A stretch of 64,000 bases of DNA from an uncultured Pseudomonadota bacterium (GCA_902793435.1 CADBDF010000003.1:26167-90166), one strand, 5' to 3'; positions 25,083-33,742 are shown, numbered from the stretch's first letter. Notes: generated by a model from the letters alone, not told the origin. Numbers and translations are program-made.

Positions 25083-26552
25083 TTATTTGTTCGTATAGGT
25101 AAATATTACATCCAACAATCGAACCATTGCCAAGGTATCTTGCCCGCAATATTCACGCAGATTTTTCATCATTTCTTCTGTTTCCTGTGGCGTTTGATTT
25201 CTGTTCATAAAATCTAAAAATTGGCTGCTGGCTTCTGTTCCGTTATGAATCCCCAGGGTTTCATAGGACAATTCCGGAACAAACGTGGGCAATGTTTTTT
25301 TGATTGATACACTACCGTTTTGACAAGGACAATACAGACCACGATTTTTAAATGGTTCTTCTAAATCTAAAATGCGTTCATTTATTGATGATAGTTTTTT
25401 GGCAAACTCTGGAAAATCAAAAGCCATTTCACAGTTACGGCCTTTTTCAAATGTTTTGTGATAGACGACTACTGAACCCGTATCACCGATTACATCACAT
25501 AACTTTTTCAATAGTCCTGGTCTAGGGTCTGTTTCTGGGTTGTCGTGTAAATATTCATAATGTTCCAATTTGCCGCCAGGCGTCCTTTGCACATGTAATG
25601 AAAATTGAAAACAAATTTGTTGATAGGCGTGCGAATTATCAAATATCGGCACCGCCGACATAATTGTTTCATAATCAAGAAAGTATAAAGGCCATTGCAA
25701 ATTATTCGTAAATTGTTTCAAGATGTTTAGATTGATTACATCTATATTATCTAAAAACGCTTCTATATCCCCGGAATGCTGTTGTTTATAGTAAATATCG
25801 ACAGGAACATTATGCAAATCAGCACCATATTTTGCATAAATTTCGTCTGCCAATTTTCCTTTGAATGCATCAAAAACTGAATACTGTGGCAAATCTTTCC
25901 AACAATGACATTTATATTCGCATTTATAGAATTTATTGTTACATTTCGTCTTAGAAATAGCGATGCCAAGTTCTGGACCAGACAGAAATGCGCGTATACG
26001 ATTTATTTCCGATTGCACCGTTTCCATATCTTGCATTTTACCGGCTACATCGTGCAAAGCGAACAACTGTGCCAAATCTAAATCACCATGGCGAATATAT
26101 TCTTTATTTAGTGTCATTACAAAGCAATTACGAACCTTGATTCCACAGTGGTTTAATACATACCTCTGAAAAGAAACATCTAAATAGTGATATTCATGTG
26201 GTTCTGGATTCGATTTTACCTCTATAATATCCCATGTTCCGTCATTGTTGTTTTGTAAAATATCAACAGCACAATATTCATCAGTATCGGTGCAAAATGT
26301 CGCTTCATAGATGTATGACGCATTTTGTGTGATGGCTTTTTGGGTTTGTTCTATGGCTTCTGGTTCCCAAGGCTTTGCAGTGATGCGAACGCCTCCAGGG
26401 AATCTGTCACATGCTAATTCACCAACAGCAGTTCCAGCATCCAATATTGCTTGATTTTTGTCGGATTCTATATCTTTACGATATTTTTTGAACCACAACG
26501 CATTCGGGCATTTAATTCCAGTTACATAATCAGACTTTGATATTTTTATCAT
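25083..26552 (-). CDS. DUF2779-family protein (Cas4/PD-(D/E)xK-like N-terminal nuclease plus C-terminal domain)
   Basis: 489 aa. The N-terminus MIKISKSDYVTGIKCPNALWFKKY is the characteristic DUF2779 start. DIIEVKS fits a PD-(D/E)xK core. Cys cluster CNNKFYKCEYKCHC. Confidence 0.6.
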   Translation of the reverse strand: MIKISKSDYVTGIKCPNALWFKKYRKDIESDKNQAILDAGTAVGELACDRFPGGVRITAKPWEPEAIEQTQKAITQNASYIYEATFCTDTDEYCAVDILQNNNDGTWDIIEVKSNPEPHEYHYLDVSFQRYVLNHCGIKVRNCFVMTLNKEYIRHGDLDLAQLFALHDVAGKMQDMETVQSEINRIRAFLSGPELGIAISKTKCNNKFYKCEYKCHCWKDLPQYSVFDAFKGKLADEIYAKYGADLHNVPVDIYYKQQHSGDIEAFLDNIDVINLNILKQFTNNLQWPLYFLDYETIMSAVPIFDNSHAYQQICFQFSLHVQRTPGGKLEHYEYLHDNPETDPRPGLLKKLCDVIGDTGSVVVYHKTFEKGRNCEMAFDFPEFAKKLSSINERILDLEEPFKNRGLYCPCQNGSVSIKKTLPTFVPELSYETLGIHNGTEASSQFLDFMNRNQTPQETEEMMKNLREYCGQDTLAMVRLLDVIFTYTNK

Positions 26553-26563
26553 AATGATTCCGT

Positions 26564-27250
26564 TTATTTTATCTCCAGTTTAATACCTGTTATTCCTTTT
26601 TCACGCCAATTTCCTAAATACCCGGTGTGCAAATTACCGCTTAAACTGGAAGTTGGTTTAAAATTGTTAACTTGCCATACATGTTGGGTTGCTGATTTAT
26701 TCGTATAAAACAAAGTAACAAAAACCGTGCATATGGAGGTGTCGCGCAGATGTTTTTCAAATTCTTTACCAGAACATTCGCGACCGTGTAAAAAGTATTT
26801 TTTGTCTAGAGCTGTTGATTCATGAACATTTTTTATACTGGCCGTTTTTGTTGTGTGTGTTCGTTTTTTTGCATTTTTGATGCTTTCTGCCTTGTATACA
26901 AAAAAACTTTCATCTATTTTGCCATCATCGTATTTTCTGTGGCATTCTTCACATAAAAAATGAAAATTTGCAAGATCCTTTGAAAAATTTACAAAAGATT
27001 CTTCGAATCTATCTAAATCGACATGACAAATATCTCCTTCTTTTGAATATGTTGATTCTTCAAAAAAGTTTCTTACTAAATCCTTTCTTTCAAAGCCATG
27101 TTTGTGTGCGGATTGAATTTCTTTTTCTTTTGTACCACAACATGCACAAATACCAGATTTATATTTTTGTGTTAAATCTCGTGTTTTATTACGTGCATAT
27201 CCATCAAAAAATTTTTTAAACGTTTTATAATCACCTACGAACATATTCAT
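26564..27250 (-). CDS. HNH-motif endonuclease-like protein with an unknown C-terminal domain
   Basis: 228 aa with ICACCGTKEKEIQSAHKHG and FHFLCEECHRKYD (CxxC...H...CxxCH). Confidence 0.55.
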   Translation of the reverse strand: MNMFVGDYKTFKKFFDGYARNKTRDLTQKYKSGICACCGTKEKEIQSAHKHGFERKDLVRNFFEESTYSKEGDICHVDLDRFEESFVNFSKDLANFHFLCEECHRKYDDGKIDESFFVYKAESIKNAKKRTHTTKTASIKNVHESTALDKKYFLHGRECSGKEFEKHLRDTSICTVFVTLFYTNKSATQHVWQVNNFKPTSSLSGNLHTGYLGNWREKGITGIKLEIK

Positions 27251-27273
27251 TATGCATCCTTTTATTTAAAAAA

Positions 27274-27444
27274 CTAATTTCCTATTTGTCCTGTTTCATT
27301 ATCATACAATACTATGCGGCCGAAACTTGCGCAATTTGTTTCTTCTAATTTACGCAATTGCTCTTTGGCTGCGTCATACGAAAAATAAATTTCAGGTAAA
27401 ACACAGTTGTTAAATATAATTTTCCATGCTGTACAAGTTGCCAT
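27274..27444 (-). CDS. 56-aa hypothetical protein (below the ORF-track cutoff)
   Basis: My translation is MATCTAWKIIFNNCVLPEIYFSYDAAKEQLRKLEETNCASFGRIVLYDNETGQIGN. AAGGGGA lies 6 nt before the ATG. About 23 nt gaps to both neighbours. Confidence 0.45.
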   Translation of the reverse strand: MATCTAWKIIFNNCVLPEIYFSYDAAKEQLRKLEETNCASFGRIVLYDNETGQIGN

Positions 27445-27467
27445 TGTTTTCCCCTTTGGTTGTTAAT

Positions 27468-28915
27468 TTAAAAACCTATTTTTGTTTGTTTTTTATGTAA
27501 ATCTTTGACCTGTTGTTCCTGACGTAATCTGGATAACAGTTCAGATTTATCTGTAATTCCTAGTAAATCTGCTTGTTTTTTTACAACAGCAAAATCACCA
27601 GGTGCTAAATTCGTTAAATCAGCAATTTCTTCCTTGGAAATTTGTTGATTAAAAAAATCTTGAAAAGCCATAATGACTTGGTCAGGTTTTAAGAATTCGT
27701 ATTTAACCTTGAACGAAAACCTGCGAAGCGCGGCTTTATCTATATTGTCCATCAAATTAGTCGTGCAAACAAACGGATAGTCCGCATTTTCCATCTGAGC
27801 CAACATTTCGTTTACAGAACAGACTTCCCAAGAACGCGCTGCTCGGGTTCTGTCCATAAGGAAACTGTCTGCTTCATCGAAAACCAGCATTACTTTTTTT
27901 GCACGTGCTTCCGCAAACGCACGGGCAATATTCTTTTCTGTTTGACCTACATACATACCGTTTATATCGCTGGCACGTTTTTTTATTATGTTTATGCCCA
28001 ACAAATCAGCCAGATGTTCACAAAATGCGGTTTTCCCTGTTCCTGGTTTGCCGTATAACAAAATGTTTATACCAGTTTTTTTGAGTTAATACCACCCGTT
28101 AAAATATCTGATATCTTGTCAAAATCATCGACCATATAATCAAAATTGTCGCGTTTTAAATTCGCGGATAAAGAGGCACCAATCAAGACATCGCGAACGT
28201 CCTTGCACTTGTCAAAATTCATGGTTAGTAAATTCAAAAACATTGAACTGAATGAATTATCACCATAGCGATGTTTTTATATCCCCGATTCTGCCAATAC
28301 GCCAGTTTGAGACATGATTTCTTTGACTTTTTCCGACGGTATTTTACATATTGCAGATACAAAATCTGCATTTATATCGTCCATAAAATCATTACTGATT
28401 CCATCATTGAAACAACAAAGTAATCTGCGTAATTGAGAATTTTTTTTAATAAACACCAAAAATTGCAATAAAATTCGACTATCGTTCGGCAAATCAAAAG
28501 TATCACAAATTATGGTAAAATTTTTATCAAAATCTGGATTGGTAATATCGGTGTCAAAATCTGATTTGCGGACATCAAAAATATTAGACACACGTTCATA
28601 CAAAGCATCTTCGGCTAGTAAACTGTTCCGACATAATTTGCCATTTAGTAAATTTATAAGGAATTCAGCCTTTTCGTTTGCAGAAACACGTTTTTCACCA
28701 CTATTAATCAGGTCACGCAAATTAAACCCAAACAAATCGGTCGAATGCCTTGACAGATGATGAAAGAACATATCTGTATCATCTGGTTCGTATTCGCTAC
28801 TCGTTACATTTTTCAAATAATGCATCGCCAGTTGTCTGTCTTTTATATTCATATTTACGCCTTTTTTCGGGGTTCGTGGGTAATATAAATACCATGCTGG
28901 ACAAAAACGGTCCAT
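27468..28915 (-). pseudogene. AAA+ ATPase gene interrupted by one nonsense codon and one frameshift
   Basis: The 28277-28915 ORF ends at TAA (28277-28279), but the same frame stays open for 69 more codons. At the A7 run (28076-28082) adding one A joins ...TGGINSKK to TGINILLYGKPGTGKT (Walker A), with VMLVFDEAD (Walker B) and the rest of an AAA+ core following. Confidence 0.7.
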
Positions 28916-28926
28916 TTTTTCCTTGC

Positions 28927-28946
28927 GTATAGAAAAATTTTGATAC
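28927..28946. promoter_or_regulatory. imperfect palindrome between the AAA+ operon and the WYL remnant (candidate operator)
   Basis: gtatagaaaaattttgatac (GTAT-N12-ATAC). A related site, gtataaaaaaattttttgatag, lies at 31080-31101 upstream of the intact WYL gene. Confidence 0.45.
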
Positions 28947-28989
28947 TGTTATAATAAATCAATATAAAAAGCCTAAATCGGGAGTAAAT

Positions 28990-29133
28990 ATGCCAGAATC
29001 ACGCAATAGTTATAAAAAATCAGATATTCATTTAGAACTTATCAATGAATTACGCAAAAGATATATGACACTTACAGATATTCGTGACTTTTTATTTGTT
29101 AATATTTTAAATTTGGCATTGTTTTTTTATTAA
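28990..29133 (+). pseudogene. truncated N-terminal remnant of a WYL-type regulator
   Basis: MPESRNSYKKSDIHLELINELRKRYMTLTDIRDFL aligns with MAEARDNYKKTDLKLELINELRSRSMTRNDIKTFL of the 31125 gene (about 20 of 35 identical). Similarity is lost after ~35 codons, where the convergent 29099-29833 gene begins. Confidence 0.65.
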
Positions 29134-29833
29134 GTTCAACTTTATGTGACAATAATTTATCAACTGTTGATAACATGTCCATTTTTATGACCTTTATACA
29201 ATTTTTACAAAAGTATGTTTTATACATATCGATACTTTTGGGGTCATTTGAATCTTTTGTGTTTACAACTATTGTTATTTCATAACCAGGTATTTTCAAA
29301 CAATATGCATATTTTCCAGCAAATCTACCTGGGGACATACCGGTTGCATAATTTGATGGGTGTTCTACCTCTTTTTTACAAATTATTGGCAAAAACAAGT
29401 CTGGTTGTATTTGTACTTTATCTGTTAATATATCGAATGCAATTTGTTGATATTTTTTTAAATCGACTCTTTTAGAAGAAATGCCACAACGCCATAAAAC
29501 AGACACAAAGAATTTATAAAGTTTTTCATAATCAAATTTATCGGACTGAATATTATATATATTAAATCCATCGCTTATATCTGTTGATGCATTTGGTATA
29601 ATATCGTAAAAGAATTTTTTGGCATAATTATCAAAAACACCGAGTTTGTTATCACAATCTGCACATAAAAGACATTCTTTATAACCATTTTGTGCATTAG
29701 GGTTCATATCAAATTTTGTGGTTGCATTTATCCCAACCATTCTACCTTGGTTTGTTGCATGTAAACACTTTGGTATAATGTGTGATTGTACCAATTGTTT
29801 TTCTTCGCCACAAAATTTACAAATTCCTAACAT
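29099..29833 (-). CDS. hypothetical protein with N-terminal CxxC...SHIIPK motif
   Basis: 244 aa. MLGICKFCGEEKQLVQSHIIPKCL plus a second Cys pair (CLLCADCDNKLG). No family assigned. Confidence 0.5.
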   Translation of the reverse strand: MLGICKFCGEEKQLVQSHIIPKCLHATNQGRMVGINATTKFDMNPNAQNGYKECLLCADCDNKLGVFDNYAKKFFYDIIPNASTDISDGFNIYNIQSDKFDYEKLYKFFVSVLWRCGISSKRVDLKKYQQIAFDILTDKVQIQPDLFLPIICKKEVEHPSNYATGMSPGRFAGKYAYCLKIPGYEITIVVNTKDSNDPKSIDMYKTYFCKNCIKVIKMDMLSTVDKLLSHKVELNKKTMPNLKY

Positions 29834-30245
29834 TTTGGTATCTGCCTTGCCTAAATAACATGATATTTCAAATTAAAAAAGAAAGTCAAATATAATAGTG
29901 GCAAATTCCCTGTTAATATAAAATAATTCTCTGCTTTTTGAATAGGGAATTTTGAATAAAAGTGGCGTGTTACAAGCCTTGCAGTAGCATGATTTACGGC
30001 AAAACAACATATTTTTCATAAAAATTCCCTGTAAATACCCTGTAAATTGGATATCTAACACCGTCAAATATTACAACACCGCCATAAAAATTAAATGCCC
30101 GCTTGGGCATTTTATTTTTATCGTGATTGGCATTGGGTTGGACACTGCAACAAAGTTGCCGGTTGGGTTCGACAACAAGTAGATTTCACAAATGTTAATG
30201 CTGTGAAATCGTTACGGTTGCAACGCGGGCACAAAGAGCCAAGAT

Positions 30246-30265
30246 AATCCCTCACCATCCGCCAG
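30246..30265 (+). repeat. right-hand direct repeat of the tRNA-Ser 3' end
   Basis: aatccctcaccatccgccag is identical to 15883-15902. Confidence 0.9.
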
Positions 30266-30352
30266 ATTAAAATTTAAAAAAATTGCCAAGGGTGTTTTTT
30301 TATTTTATTTTTCTTTCTGTTTTATTATCATATACCGGGCAAAGGAGATTTT

Positions 30353-30958
30353 ATGGAATATCTTGATATTTATGACGAATATATGAATAAAATCGGCACC
30401 GAGACCCGAGACATAGTTCATCAAAATGGTTTATGGCACAAGACTGTTCATTGTTGGATGTATGACGATGATGGAAATGTATATTTTCAAATTCGTGCAG
30501 ATTCTGGTAAGCTATATACTACCGCATCTGGGCATGTATTGGCGGGGGAAACAGTGCGAGATGCTTTCCGTCGCGAAATATTCGAAGAAATCGGTATTAA
30601 CACCGATGCATCAAATGCTGTCGCATTAGATATCGTATTTTGGCGTCAAGATAAACCACAAAAAAACTGGCACGATCGTGCATTTGCGCATATTTATGCA
30701 AATAAACTGCCGATTGACTTTACAGATTTTCATTTTCAGCCCGATGAAGTTGCTGGATTGGTTCGTATAAACGCAAAAGATTGTCTTGATTTGTTAATGG
30801 ATAAACATACTTCTGTCCGTGCAATAAAAATTACAGCCGATAAATCAACAGATATCGATATTACAAAAAACGATTTTCTGGCTGCGTCTAATGAAACACC
30901 TATTGTAAAATATGGTTTTGTATTGCAAAGCATCATCCAACAAAATTCGCATATTTAG
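30353..30958 (+). CDS. NUDIX hydrolase
   Basis: 201 aa with the Nudix box GHVLAGETVRDAFRREIFEEIGI. Confidence 0.85.
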   Translation: MEYLDIYDEYMNKIGTETRDIVHQNGLWHKTVHCWMYDDDGNVYFQIRADSGKLYTTASGHVLAGETVRDAFRREIFEEIGINTDASNAVALDIVFWRQDKPQKNWHDRAFAHIYANKLPIDFTDFHFQPDEVAGLVRINAKDCLDLLMDKHTSVRAIKITADKSTDIDITKNDFLAASNETPIVKYGFVLQSIIQQNSHI

Positions 30959-31079
30959 GTATGGAAATTTGTGCAACAGAATTATAGTCCGCCAGAAAAA
31001 TCAAATGTCCTTTTGGGGCATTTTTTTGTTTTATTATTTTTGAATTTATTTGGACAAAATTGGTCCAGATACAACTTGT

Positions 31080-31101
31080 GTATAAAAAAATTTTTTGATA
31101 G
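31080..31101. promoter_or_regulatory. AT-rich near-palindrome upstream of the WYL gene (candidate operator)
   Basis: gtataaaaaaattttttgatag, related to 28927-28946. Confidence 0.4.
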
Positions 31102-31124
31102 CATATCTTTTAAAAGAGGCAATT

Positions 31125-32186
31125 ATGGCAGAGGCACGCGATAACTATAAAAAAACAGATTTAAAACTGGAACTTATTAACGAATTACGTTCCAGAAGTA
31201 TGACACGTAATGATATTAAAACATTCTTGTCAAACCAACGCAAGATGTTAGGCAAAGTTCCTGTGACATGTATGAATCCTGAAAAATACAAAGTTAGCGA
31301 TAAAACCGTAAAACGCATAATTGATTCTATTGATGAATTGTATGGTGACCAATTAGATTTTAACCCTGAATTTAAAACATACAAATTGGATTTACACGAT
31401 TTTCCAGACACTATCAATGAAACAGAAATTCAGGCTTTGGATGTTGCTTTACAAAAAATGAAAAACAACACAAATGCACGCAAATCATTAGAAAATTTAA
31501 AAGCAAAATTATCAACCAGGTTATACCGAAAAATAAAACACACCGAACCCACCAGTGCAATCCGTAAAATATATGATGCCGAACAAAATATAAATTCGAA
31601 CTATGCAATTGTTGGTCCGCAATTAATTGTAAAATTTGACGAAAGCGTTAAAACTTTGTTAGATAATGCCATTTCTAAACGACACGAGGTTCAATTTAAA
31701 TATTACAACAAAAATGTCACTGTTCAGCCCGTAGGAATTATACACAGTTCAAACAATGTATATTTAATCGCATTTGAAAAAAACGCAAAAAAAGATATAG
31801 ACAAACCGCGACATTATAAACTGGCCGAAATTTCCAATTTAATTGATACAAAACAATGGTTCCCAGATGACCGTCATTTTTCATTACAAGAATATGCAAA
31901 TTCTATGTTTGGGGTGTATAATGATGGGAAAACATATGATATAGACTGGTTAATCACAGACCCACAAATCATTAGTGTTGCAAAACAATATATGTTTCAC
32001 CCGACACAACAATTTATCGAAAATCCAGATGGCAGTTTAACAATTAAAATGCATACCGGCGGATTGCGGGAAATCAGTTGGTTTTTGATAACATGGAACG
32101 GAAAAATTGTCCCAACCGCACCCACAGAATTAATTGATGAATATAAAAAAATATTATCCAGTTGTTGGGACAGTGTAAAAAAATAA
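31125..32186 (+). CDS. WYL-domain transcriptional regulator (HTH-WYL-WCX architecture, CapW/BrxR/PafBC-like)
   Basis: 353 aa from ATG 31125 (AAGAGG 7 nt upstream). N-terminal HTH-like segment. Central VQFKYYNKNVTVQPVGIIHSSNNVYLIAFEK...PRHYKLAEISNLI fits the WYL pattern. C-terminal DGSLTIKMHTGGLREISWFLITWNGKIVPTAPTELI fits WCX. Confidence 0.75.
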   Translation: MAEARDNYKKTDLKLELINELRSRSMTRNDIKTFLSNQRKMLGKVPVTCMNPEKYKVSDKTVKRIIDSIDELYGDQLDFNPEFKTYKLDLHDFPDTINETEIQALDVALQKMKNNTNARKSLENLKAKLSTRLYRKIKHTEPTSAIRKIYDAEQNINSNYAIVGPQLIVKFDESVKTLLDNAISKRHEVQFKYYNKNVTVQPVGIIHSSNNVYLIAFEKNAKKDIDKPRHYKLAEISNLIDTKQWFPDDRHFSLQEYANSMFGVYNDGKTYDIDWLITDPQIISVAKQYMFHPTQQFIENPDGSLTIKMHTGGLREISWFLITWNGKIVPTAPTELIDEYKKILSSCWDSVKK

Positions 32187-32532
32187 TCCGCATAAAGCGG
32201 ACTATTTTTTATCAGGATTCAATGGGAGTTGTATTCGGGGCCAAAACCTTAAAAAGCCTTTACAAAAAAGAATCCCTATAATTTGGTAGTCAAAGCATAC
32301 TTACTTTGTCCATTAATCATTATTTCATAATTCTGTATGGGATTCTGTAAGACTGTTTTCGTATATTTTTATCGTGATTGTGTTTATTTTCTTGGCAACA
32401 TCTGCATCAGTTTTAGTTTTGGCAAAATCATTTAATTTTATACGTAGCCTTTCAGTCAATATTGATACATCGCCATCAACAAACATGCGAATATTAAATT
32501 CCCCAGATTCAATTGATGGAATAATTTTTGTT

Positions 32533-33360
32533 TTAAAAATGCGATTTATGTTTGTTTTGGTTATATAAAAATATTGAATAAATAAATATAGCCAAACCAA
32601 CCATAAACAACACCCCAGAGAGCAATTGTCCCATGGTTAATCCCCACGATGTCAAAAATCCAATTTGTGCATCAGGCGCCCGGAAAAATTCGCAAACAAC
32701 GCGTATAATCGCATACAGCATGCCCATTATACCGGCAATTGCGCCAGGACGTTTTTTTAAGTTTGTATATTTATACAACAACAACATCGTTGTAAATAAA
32801 ACTATGCCTTCGCCAAAGGCCTCGTATAACGGACTGGGGTGACGGGGCGCAATTTCGTTTTGTCCGTTAAAAACAACTCCCCATGGCATATTGGTTTCGC
32901 GACCCATGACCTCCATATTTATAAAATTTGCAATACGACCAAAAAATAGTCCCATTGGCGCAACCACGGCCGCCAAATCCAGCATGCGTAAAAAACTGAC
33001 TTTTTCATGATATGCAAACAGTAATGTGACCAATATAACACCAGTTAGCCCGCCATGAAAACTCATACCGCCATGCCACAGCGCAAATATTTCCAATGGA
33101 TGTGCAATAAAAAATGGCAAATTATAAAATAAAACATAACCTAACCTGCCCCCTAAAACAACACCCAAAATCACCCATGTCATATAATCGTCATATTGTT
33201 TTTTGGATAATTTCAACCCAGAATCTGGGGCGCGTGCCAATTTTGCAAACAACCAAAACACCAATATAAATGAAACGATATATGCCAGCGCATACCAACG
33301 AACATCAATACCAAATACAGAAAACGCGACCGGCGATATAGGATTTATAACGATTGCCAT
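32533..33360 (-). CDS. lgt: prolipoprotein diacylglyceryl transferase
   Basis: 275 aa polytopic membrane protein with WHGGMSFHGGLTGVIL and GRIANFINMEVMGRETNMPWGVVF. Confidence 0.9.
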   Translation of the reverse strand: MAIVINPISPVAFSVFGIDVRWYALAYIVSFILVFWLFAKLARAPDSGLKLSKKQYDDYMTWVILGVVLGGRLGYVLFYNLPFFIAHPLEIFALWHGGMSFHGGLTGVILVTLLFAYHEKVSFLRMLDLAAVVAPMGLFFGRIANFINMEVMGRETNMPWGVVFNGQNEIAPRHPSPLYEAFGEGIVLFTTMLLLYKYTNLKKRPGAIAGIMGMLYAIIRVVCEFFRAPDAQIGFLTSWGLTMGQLLSGVLFMVGLAIFIYSIFLYNQNKHKSHF

Positions 33361-33457
33361 TTTTTATTTCCTTTCTTGCCACAAGTGTAAAAATATACAG
33401 ATAAAAACACAATAAAAAAACACCGAAAAAATTCGGTGTTTTTTTATAAATCATATT

Positions 33458-33742
33458 TTACATATATTGTTTATAGTTGATACCCAAACGCACCAATTCA
33501 TCACGAGCACGACGTGCGGATTCGACCCAGCCCAACACGCGACTTTCATAATCTTTGGCCTTTTGTGTGTCGCCGGATTTCCTGATTTCGTTCCATTTTG
33601 CGTGAAATGCAGATACGCATTCCATTGCATCACAAAATTGGCGGATTCTGTCCCCAGATGTATGCGTATGAATATTTTCTTTTAATGTATTCAACGGTGT
33701 CACCGGAGTTATCCCCCTAAACTTTCTTGCATCTTTTGCCAT
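33458..33742 (-). CDS. hypothetical protein
   Basis: 94-aa ORF with AAGAGGGAAATAA directly before the ATG and a bidirectional terminator downstream (33413-33445). No recognised domain. Confidence 0.45.
   Translation of the reverse strand: MAKDARKFRGITPVTPLNTLKENIHTHTSGDRIRQFCDAMECVSAFHAKWNEIRKSGDTQKAKDYESRVLGWVESARRARDELVRLGINYKQYM

Larger units (their letters stand above)
15883..30265. mobile_element. ~14.4 kb genomic island inserted at the tRNA-Ser 3' end
   Basis: The 20-bp direct repeat aatccctcaccatccgccag occurs at 15883-15902 (tRNA 3' end) and 30246-30265. The interior is visibly more A+T-rich and holds a large serine recombinase plus nuclease/ATPase genes. Confidence 0.7.

Noticed and set aside
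29873-30067. 64-aa ORF in the island's right-end non-coding region.
   Set aside because: It has no RBS, overlaps the short-repeat cluster, and its composition is typical of random A+T-rich ORFs.
32325-32600. 91-aa ORF between the WYL gene and lgt.
   Set aside because: Its 5' third overlaps the lgt coding end in another frame. The only internal ATG (giving MFVDGDVS..., 53 aa) has no convincing RBS. It might be a small gene, but I cannot support it.
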